From assembly GCF_009914755.1 (NCBI RefSeq), contig NC_060932.1: DNA of 64,000 nucleotides. One strand, written 5' to 3'. The notes under the pieces are model-generated. The model made no database searches. It was given only the letters and a program-made list of their open reading frames with translations, and was not told the origin of the DNA. Below, piece by piece: positions 28,346 to 38,367 of the stretch. How positions within the stretch are numbered: the first letter of the stretch is position 1; each line of letters opens with the position of its first letter. The DNA comes from the human T2T-CHM13v2.0 reference genome, Homo sapiens. The position numbers were made by a program, and so were the translations under genes.

Positions 28346-28668
28346 GAGTTGATCAAGCACATGGATCTTTTAGTCTGCAGCTTGAGAAAGAGGTCTCTCA
28401 TGACATGTTTGGGAGTTGCCAGCCTATAGGTATATATCACTGAATACACAACCTCTTCTGTGTAGTACACTGTGTTGTCTTTTCCCCCTTTCCTATATCC
28501 TAAAGCAAAGACACATATCTCCAAAAGTATGTAGACATTAATATTGTACCTTCTGGTTGTATTCAGTCGTTAATATTGTACCTTCTGGTTGTTACAACAG
28601 AATGATCCCATAGAACAGAAACACTCTAGGAAAATGCAAGTAACCAAGTGATTGTTGCTTTCTTCCAG

Positions 28669-28761
28669 CTTTGTCAGTGGAAATGCCTGCCCCAGAGGGA
28701 TATTGCTTCAGTTGACCTCATTTTTTAAGGACCCTGGCTCTGCGGCTTTGTCCAGTTCAAA
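28669..28761 (+). other. KCNB2: 5'UTR part of the KCNB2 exon (exon 28669-29340, 672 nt); the upstream non-coding exon was not found in this window
   Basis: Acceptor ttgttgctttcttccag|ct, with AG at 28667-28668, lies 93 nt before the ATG. An in-frame TAA at 28726-28728 shows 28762 is the first usable in-frame start. Confidence 0.85.
28683..28715 (+). promoter_or_regulatory. Upstream ORF (MPAPEGYCFS*) in the KCNB2 5'UTR
   Basis: ATG CCT GCC CCA GAG GGA TAT TGC TTC AGT TGA. G at -3, out of frame with the main ATG, ending 46 nt before it. Confidence 0.65.
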
Positions 28762-29340
28762 ATGGCAGAAAAGGCTCCCCCGGGCTTAAACAGGAAGACT
28801 TCAAGGTCGACACTTTCCCTTCCTCCAGAGCCTGTGGACATTATCCGGAGCAAAACATGCTCCAGGAGAGTTAAGATCAATGTGGGGGGCCTCAACCACG
28901 AAGTCCTGTGGAGAACGCTGGACAGGCTGCCCAGGACGCGCCTGGGGAAGCTTCGAGACTGCAACACACACGAGAGCCTCCTGGAAGTGTGCGACGACTA
29001 TAATCTGAACGAGAACGAGTATTTCTTTGATCGGCATCCAGGAGCCTTCACTTCCATTTTAAATTTCTACCGGACCGGGAAACTCCATATGATGGAAGAA
29101 ATGTGTGCACTTTCGTTTGGCCAAGAACTTGATTACTGGGGGATTGATGAGATCTACTTGGAGTCCTGCTGCCAGGCCAGATATCATCAAAAAAAAGAAC
29201 AAATGAACGAAGAACTGAGGCGAGAGGCAGAGACTATGCGAGAGCGAGAAGGAGAAGAGTTTGATAATACCTGCTGCCCTGATAAAAGGAAGAAACTGTG
29301 GGACTTGCTGGAGAAACCTAACTCATCAGTGGCTGCAAAG
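28762..29340 (+). CDS. KCNB2: KCNB2 (Kv2.2, Shab family) first coding exon, codons 1-193: N-terminus and T1 (BTB) tetramerization domain
   Basis: [27 protein letters not shown]...RRVKINVGG...[11 protein letters not shown]...[15 protein letters not shown] matches the recalled Kv2.2 N-terminus. It contains the non-Shaker T1 zinc motif HX5CX20CC ([29 protein letters not shown]). Start context is strong (aaaATGg). It ends at a phase-0 donor, AAG|gtatga. Confidence 0.97.
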
Positions 29341-32300
29341 GTATGAAACCCATAGTATTGCTTGCCTGTGTGTGGTCAGAAAAGATGCTACCTACGTTCT
29401 AGAGAGTATAAGTTTTTTTACTGTTTTGGTAACACAGAACAAAGTGTGGCTACACAGACAGTGAAAAAATCCTTTCCAAAATCTTATTTAGTCCAATATA
29501 GTCATTCATCCTGGTTAATGACATAAAATGGCATTACCCTTTCATAAATATTATTGTCTGTAGAAAGGGGCCTGGGCAACAGAGGATGAAAGAGAGTCCT
29601 GGTTTTCCTGGCGCTGTATCAGGTTGGTGACTTGGAGGTTGAGGAGAAAGCCCTAGCTCAGACCCATCAGGCACTGAGTCTTGTGGAAGACGAGGGCCTG
29701 AGCTCCATCTTGAACAAAGGGAAGGTACTGTCACTGGAAGGAGAGGAGGTACCTCTTAGCCTGGCTATGTAGAGGTTCAAGGAAAGAGAGGAGAGCATGG
29801 CCCCAGGTAGCTCAGAGGGCAAGTGCCACACACATGAGGAAGGGACTGTTTTATTAAGCTGTGTAAAAAATGAGTCAATGTCCAGAATGCATCCACGTAC
29901 CTCCCCTTTTGAGGCCTCCTTTAACAGTGCATGTTTCTGACTGTTAATTTTTTTTTTTTTTACAATTGAGGTATTACCATGTATCAGAGTTCATAAAATA
30001 TTTGCTTAAAATGAAGGTAAATTCATATTTTCCCATTGTGACTGCATATATCTAAATCTCACAGTAAATTTTTTGTCACTAATTCCAGTATGTAATTCAA
30101 CTGCGTGATTCTGTTTGTCTAATTTTATCTAGAGCTTCCAAGGTTAGCTCAAACCAATTTTCACTCCATATATTTAGTTCTGTATTGCAGTATGAATGAT
30201 AAGTAAAAATTCAAAAAGCCATCTTTAGCTGCAGGAGTATAGTATTGACATTTTGTGCGTAATGGATGAAAATGGAGTACGGAATGGAGAAGGGAAGAGT
30301 GTGTCATCACATGAATTCTTTTGATTTACTGTTTTTTTCTAAAATCTTCTCTCGTGAACAGTAATGATTTCAGAATTTATAATAGAACATATGAGATTTT
30401 TGACTGGAAATTAAGATTCTACATGATAATCTATAGCACATAAATAATCAGCTAATGCAAATGATCATAAAACTGCTTTTTGTTTGATTTTCTTTCTGGT
30501 TGACTTCTAAAGGCATTTTACTTTCCAGCCAGGACATGCACCTAAGTGAAATAAAATGATATCTGTTGTGTATAACAAAGAAATGCATATTTCGTGGGAA
30601 ATAGAAGACTTTAGGTTTTTTTGTAGTTTTGGATAAGTTGTTTACTTTCATTTTACTTGTAAAAAAAAAATGTGCCGCATTTGTGGGTTTTGATTGAGAA
30701 AGGCTACTGCTCTTTCCAATATCAAGTGTTTAGGTACATACTCGAGTTACTACAAAAAATATGGAGTGAATTTTGAAAATGAATGAGACAGATTCTGGAT
30801 TTAAGTGAGTATTGTGGGTGTTAAATGAATTCTTTCAAGCCTTTAGGCAACTAAGGAATAAATCATTGTTCCATCAAAATTTCCAGAGAAAGTTAGCCAA
30901 CTGTATAAAAATAAAGCAATTAAGTCAAAGAAAGTTTGAAAGGTTACTGTGGTTTATTTGTTCATAATGACATTATTAACCTATATCTAAAGTTAAGTAT
31001 TGTTACAGAAAAAATTTAAGATATATGTATATTTTCCTGAAGAATTTCTCACAAGGATAGAATAAGGTCAACAACCTGATTTCCTACACAAGGGAGTTCA
31101 TTTAATCTATAAATTTTAGAAGAAATAGCCATTTCTTAATCTCTAAGAGGGTAACTATGACCATGGCTCATTACAATAGACCTTTACATATGTATCCAAC
31201 ATATTATTTAAATTTGCTTCAAATTATGTCTGTATGTATAGACAAGAAATCTGCCTACAAACTCTACCCAGCAGCCAAAGACATTGGTTTTGGAAAATTT
31301 TATGTAGTTATAAATGGTATATTTGTTTCCACATTGTTAATCAAGCTAAGTAAATCTTCACTATAAGTTGATTCTTTACTAAATTTCCATACAGGATTTA
31401 TGTTTATTTATATGTCTACATTTTCCTCTCTGTTTGAATAGTGAAATATTATGGAAAGTATTTACATTTGATTATATAGTAGTTTAGTGAAATTATTGTT
31501 CATTTGTCTGAGGTTTAGAGCCTTTTAAAATGGCTCTGTGTGATGTCTTATATAAACCACTACCTTTTCCTGTACTCTTCACGAGTCCTATAACTTGTTT
31601 TTTTTTTCTTTCTGGAGTAATTCTTGGTGAGAGAAGTGGTAATTCAGGTATGTGTGGATAGTATTTTCACAACTTAAGAAAAAGTAGTAATATTACAGCT
31701 GCAGTAGGGTGATATTCTAGCCCTCACTATTTACTTTATTGTATGGGTACATCAGGCTATTTTCTATGTTGTGAAGCCCTTGTGTAGGAATGCTTGGAAC
31801 CTTCGTGTTTGTCCTCACTTGCTGAGGAGGTAAGATAGCTTTAAAGCAGAATATCTGTGGACCTTGCCTTTCCAGTTTTTGCTTATTCAGTATGGTAATT
31901 TAGTTGAACATATGCTGTATGTGTGCCACACACATTAAAGTAGATACTTAGACACTCCATTCTTTCCAGAATTTAAAAATATTCTTAAAATATTCTCTTA
32001 TCTTTAACTGGGATTTCATATTATTGAAAATATTCTTGTGTTTTTCTCTTTTGGTTTTTATATAACTTAATAGATTCCTGTAATGAAGAAAGTATAAAAG
32101 CTATTAAGATTATTTGCCAGATCCCTAGTATGGAAGGAAAAACTTGACCCTCTCTGTCAGGTGTTGCATAACAGGCTAAAATATCTATTCTTTGATACGA
32201 AATAAAATACTCAATAATCAGTTAAGTAATAATTGTTCAGCCCATGCTATATGCATCCCCTATGATATAAAAAATTATTACAAGGTCAATTGACCTATTA

Positions 32301-33535
32301 TTTTTGTCTTTGGGTATTTCTCTGACAATAGCAAGTCAACTCCTATGGAACATGTTCCCTGGTGTCACATAAGGAGCCACTTCTCTTACTTGGATGTTCT
32401 GGTGTATTAATAACTGAAAAAAAGCCAAAACAGCATTTAACAATGTGGTATATCTGAAATATTACATTTAACAAATTAACATTTTTGCACATATATAGAA
32501 AACCATGAAATATAATCGTACTATTCAAAATATAATGACAGGGCTAATAGAAATACTTATTTCTTAGTTCTCTGGGATATGGTGTGATTTGGCAATGGGA
32601 CACAGGTTTTTATCTGTATGATGGACTCTGTCATTTTTGACTCTTGTCAGTGTATCTTGGTGACTGTACATGTCCTCATATAGAAATAATTTACACAGTT
32701 TAAATTTGAGATGGTTTGTGAATGTGTGGCTCAGCTGAATGGGCCCAGGGCATGACTGGAACAACTCCCTGGGTTACCATGACAGGAATTGCTGGTTTTA
32801 GTGTGCCTTTCATAGGATCGTGCAAGGGGAAGAAAAGGGCTCAACTTGCTGCCAGTTTCCTGGGCAAAAATTGGAATTTGACTTGATCCTGTACCTCTTC
32901 CAGGCCAGGGCAATTTAGTCAGTCTCTGGACTGGAAACATTTTTCTCTCTTTTCCTTGGCCTCTTCCCAAAGAAACTGCAGTTGCTAGTTCCCTGTAAAT
33001 ATTGCATATAGTGACTTCAGTCTAAGAGGTGTTTAAAAGCATATTTGAGAAATGGGTCTTGTGGCAGGCAATATTCTCAGCCTTCGGGATGAAACAACAA
33101 TCAGGAAGTAGCACAGCCCACCTGAGATCTGAAAGAAACTAGACTCATCAGTACCACACAGGGCCCACACTTTGGATGTCTTAAGAAGGTCAAGAACAAA
33201 GGAAATCAGCTGGGTTTCTGGCAAATCCAGCTACCTGGGTTCATGGCTGAGTCCTCTGAGGGAAGCTTCACTCTAAGAGCATAAGTGGATGTGTGTGCCG
33301 GGCAGTGCCAGACAACAGGCTGATCTCAGGTGTCAGGTCAGGAAGCTAGAACATAAGCAGCCCTTATTGGATAAGAACAGCAGGAGGCAAAATCTGCGGA
33401 AACACATTTCTATTCATCTGAACCAAACAGTGAGAGCACCCAGCAGCTTTTTCAGGAAAGCATACAGGTCAAGTGGGGCATGGTTTAGGATCTGCTTCCC
33501 ACTCCTCAATTTCCTCATTAATCTGTAGCCACCAC

Positions 33536-33646
33536 TTCCTCCCTCCCTTTCCCCCACTCCTCTCCCCGCTCCTCCTCTCTCTCTCAGGCTCTCTCTGCGT
33601 CTCTCTCTCTCTCTCACACAGACACACACAGACACACACACACACA
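33536..33646. repeat. Polypyrimidine/(CT)n tract followed by (CA)n
   Basis: Seen directly. Confidence 0.9.
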
Positions 33647-34532
33647 GGCATATCTTGTGCCCCTCAGGAACTGGTTTTATTTTAGCTTAAGAAAAGGGGG
33701 GAATGATTGACTAGAGAAAGATTTCAACACTTTTTTTCATCAATAGCTCCCTAAGGAGAAAAATTAAGTTAAATTGAAAAATGGAGTTCAGAGGGCCACA
33801 AATGATGGTACTACGTAAGTTTTTTTATTCCTTCTCACTAGCACCAGTTTTCTCCCCTTGAAAATGCATGGGACGGAGGGAAGGAGATGACCGCGTTTCC
33901 TGCCTGCATCTTACTCCCTGCATATATCCACAGGTCCATTGTCGTTGGCATGGTGCAGCGCGGCACCTGAAGGGCCAGGAGACCTTAGCCATCCTTGGAT
34001 CAAGTCGGGAGCTGCTGGTGGCAGATGGGCAGTCTGTGCTTGGAAATTCAGCTCTCCACAGAGCCAGGGGTCCAAATTATGAGTTTCTTAGATGCTGGTA
34101 CCTGTTTGGTTGCCCTGTTGATAACTCCTTGAGAACTAGTCCCCTATTCCAACTAAATTAGAGTGTAGGCCTTTCAAGCCACAGAAATAGTAAAAATAAA
34201 ATAAAAACTCCTGTGTACTTATCAAGGAAGAAAAAATACATAACATTCTCATTCTATTTATAGTATATGGATCAGTTATTCTAATGCTTTGAATGAAAAA
34301 TGAAGGAAGGCATTGGAACAGAATCATAAATGATTTTCTTTCAGTTCGAGAACAGAACTTTCACATGTTATGCTTGTAAGGAGATCCAGCCAAGTGAACA
34401 GCTTGGGCTGTATAACACTCTTTGTTTAGCTTTCTGATGACCATCTTAGTGGTAAGAAAATATAACAATAGGCATTAAAACCACAAATGAGCCAAAAACA
34501 TGAAGTGATGCAGTGTGAACAACACAGAAACC

Positions 34533-34852
34533 CCTCTACACTGAGGCCCTTCTGTGTACCGTGCAGTGCTGTCCTCTACATTGAGGCCCCTCTGTGTGCC
34601 GTGCAGTGCTATCCTCTACATTGAGGCCCCTCTGTGTACCACGCAGTGCTATCCTCTACATTGAGGCCCCTCTGTGTACCGTGCAGTGCTCTTCTCTACA
34701 TTGAGGCCCCTCTGTGTACTGTGCAGTGCTATCCTCTACATTGAGGCCCCTCTGTGTACCATGCAGTGCTCTCCTCTACATTGAGGCCCCTCTGTGTACC
34801 GTGCAGTGCTCTCCTCTACATTGAGGCACCTCTGTGTACTACGCAGTACTCT
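34533..34852. repeat. Minisatellite, 8 copies of a 40-bp unit
   Basis: Consensus cctctacattgaggcccctctgtgtaccgtgcagtgct(a/c/g)t. The gcagt(g/a)ct block recurs exactly every 40 nt from 34561 to 34841. Confidence 0.97.
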
Positions 34853-37800
34853 CATTCTTATCTGCAGTGGGCTAATTAGCATGCCAGTCACACTGTTTCT
34901 GTATTGGTGGTTTACCATTTTCCTTTCTTTCCCTTTCCTCTCTGCATCCCATCTATACAGATTAAGCAGTTTGTATTCTTCCAACAACATAGCATAAGAG
35001 TTCAGAGATGTTAACAGGAGATGATAGAGTTTAAAAGAACTTGGCCAATCTGCAGAGGTTTAGCTTGAAGATTTGCTTTTTCCTTTCTTAAAATGTATCA
35101 TCCATGAAGACTAACAGGTCATAAACCTGAAAGAAATAAGGCATAAGAAAATAAAACAGTTAAAATAGAAAACACCATTGGGTTTTGGTTTAAATGTCTC
35201 AAATATTCTGTTTTTTAGCTGCAGCGATCCTATTTCTAGATCCATGCTTCTCTGCTTTCCCGGAAAGGCTGCCCTGAAAACTCATCACTCTGTTCAGTTG
35301 GCCATGTTTGATCATGGGAGAGAAGGGCAAGAAAAGAAGAGGAAGTCATAAAAAGCTCATACCCCCACATCCCATTGTGACCTAGGGTGCCATAGGTTAT
35401 GGAGATAGTCCTGGCTAATGCCTTTTGTCCCAGTCTAATTATTAATAGCATCTCTTTTTACTCTTCAAAGTGTCCCAGTTTGCACAATGAACTAAGTCAT
35501 CACCTTGCAAGTGAATATTTTTGAAAAAGTAAATTACCCAAGAATCATGCACTTTTTGGTTCCTCTTTGCTTCTTGGTTGCATCTGAAGAGGGCCAGTCT
35601 TAATTTCCAAGCAGTTTTTCCATCTCTTTAGAAAAATCATTAGTTTTCATTAATATTAAAAAACATCAGATTCTTTTCAAGCTTTATTTTTTAAACCTCA
35701 ATAAATACATTAATTATCATTTTCAACGTTGAAAAAGGAGTTCTTTCTATATTACTTAGTGTTATCACAAAATAGAGTACATCAACAGTATTTACATATT
35801 CTGGCTTTGAAAATTTATATACACTGCTTTGATTATTAGTGGGTTTGTTTTCTTTGTTTCAAGTGAGAAAGTTTGTAAAATAAATGATCTACTCTTTTAG
35901 GTAAGCGTAAGTGTTATGAAGGAAGGTTGCAATATTTAACACTGTCCACTTTGGAAGACTCTAGAAGGGTTTGAATAATGTTTTTGATTAGGTGTTCTTA
36001 TCTGAGTTTTATCTATCATTAAAAGGAAGAAGACAAACAAATACTTTCCAAATGCTAAGAGTTTATAGGAAATTTCCCATGGGGCATATACCTGGACTTC
36101 AGGTAGCCACCTCATATTGTTTACTTTTAAGCATTTATGTTCTGTAGTGGAACTTCAATCTGAAAGTTCATCTGATAAATACATGAAATTGCTTTGATTC
36201 CTCAAGGAGATGGTCGCTCATTGTCTTATCCATGTTTATTTATATTGTTACTATTTAGCTTCTCCCCCACCCCCGCCCCAGCATGTTACAGAGAATCTCA
36301 TAAGGATTGGTACATTGATATATATGGTATATATTGATATATTAATACTCATACTATTGATTAGCATTGTGATTGTGATATGGTATAGAAACAGCAGTTA
36401 GTTATACTGGGACTAAACATGAGAAGATGCTATTTTGAATGCCACTGATATTTTCCTTTTTCTTATCCACTTTTATATTTTATAGACATATTTGGCATAT
36501 AATATGAAACAAAATATTCTCTTCCCAGAGAACCTATAGGATTGTTTGTTAAGGAATGTTGAATTAGTCAGTTTTATTGAATATTACATATCACATATAA
36601 AATATTGAATATTTTATTGAATGCTAAATATTGCATAAATTGAGTCATGGAAACTAAACAGCTTTGGGCACTTTATTAATTTTTAATTCCTCTACATTTC
36701 TAGTTTGTTCCACAAAAGAGGCAGTCCACTAGAAATACATACACTAATTATTCAAGTAAAATTTAAAATAATTTAGAGCAAAAAATAGAACTAGAAGAAA
36801 TGTATTTTAAATCATCACAGTAACTCTAGAGAATGCTTTGTTTTCCACAAAATGTTTCAAATTATTTTAATTAACAAATGACAATCCTATAATTTTTTTA
36901 AAGAGTTTGAAATTCATAAACAAAATATGTTCATAATTTTTAAAACTTGCCTTTCTGGCCCTACCTGACATTGCTAACTGATCCCAAGTAAGAGCCATTC
37001 CTAACAGAGAGACTCTGTCTGTTTACCCATTTGAATTGATCATTCGGATAAAGGAAGGTGTTTTCCTTTATCATAATTAACAAAATTGATTTGAAAAGAA
37101 TTGTGATCAAAACATGGTATAGGAAAAAACAAAACAGCTGCTAAAGTACAATTCATGAAATAACCATAGATTACAATAGTTATTTTTGTTTTGAGCATTG
37201 ACTTAGCATTGGTGGTTTGATTCTATTTGAGAATAACCCCAGAGTTCCATGGCATTCGGTAATCTGTAATGCCCTGAGGCATAAATCTGCATTATGTATA
37301 ATGTAAGCTTGGTGTGTAGGAGCTAGTGACTTTGAGAGTGAGCGAGCTTAGCTGGTCACCCAATGCTGTCCACTTTACCCAATTTGTTTCTTTCTCCTCA
37401 TTGTTATTTGCACTAGCTCTCGTTATATGTTACTGTATTTATAAGGGAGATTATGTGGCATAGTAGAGATTTATAAAGCTCTCAGGACACATCCCTCATT
37501 GAAAATATTCTATCTCAGTATTCTAAGAGGTGGTAGAAGCTTTTCAAGATAACAGTAAGCTTGGGAATTATTTTTGCCCACTAACAGCCTGTTTGGTCAT
37601 TAAAATCCTTTCTCCCTCTGCAGCAGGACAGAGAAAGATGAAGGTGACCCCAAGCCACACCAGCAAGCTGTTCCACATAGTATGTGGGCACTAGAGGCAA
37701 GTTGCACTTACTGTATCTATCAGCAACATCCAGTTCTTAACCTCCTTTCCCAGTGTCTCCTGGACCGTAGTTGATGATCACTTTAGAGTTTATAAGCAAA

Positions 37801-38310
37801 ACATTGAAGGACTTGAAGAGACTGAGACTTCTCTGCAATTGCTATGTCAGGCTTAACACAAACATAATGAAGCTAGAATAAAACAGCTATTTATGGATGA
37901 ATGAGGAACAGAGACATGTAGTAACTGGCACAGAGGCAGGAAATAGAAAAATGGAAGAGGAAGACATTTGCTTTCATCTCTCCAAAGTTTTTCCAGGAGA
38001 TACTAGGAACTAACATCAGAACTATATCAGACTTTGCACCCATATAGTATTTATTTTTGGCTGTGCATATATCTAGGTTTAAGTTAACTCCTTAACTAAT
38101 GCATAAAATGAATGTATTTTTCCACTTAAATCATCTCCTTTAATGTCTTTACAAAGTTTTAAGTAAAAGAATTCCTCTGGATATTACTAAGGACAGGTAC
38201 CTGAACCCAACTGATGTTTGTTGTCAAGTTTCTGTGTCTACGGTGGCTGAAGCCAGTAGCAGCAGCCCTCACTGAGTAGTACCCAGACAAAGTCTGTTGT
38301 ATGTGCCCAC

Positions 38311-38367
38311 GTGTATGTGTGTGTGTATGTGTGTGTGTGTGTGAGAAAGAGATAGAGAGAGAGAGAT
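38311..38367. repeat. (TG)n(AG)n compound microsatellite
   Basis: Seen directly. Confidence 0.92.

Noticed and set aside
29341-29346. ORF-track end of KCNB2 at 29346 (194 aa) as the real stop
   Set aside because: GTATGA is the splice donor. The canonical protein continues in a downstream exon outside the window, and no S1-S6/GYG-coding sequence appears in the ORF track.
34533-34852. Regular array that could be mistaken for CRISPR or a repeat-coding ORF
   Set aside because: Units are head-to-tail with no unique spacers, there are no cas genes, the context is eukaryotic, and a 40-bp period is not a multiple of 3.
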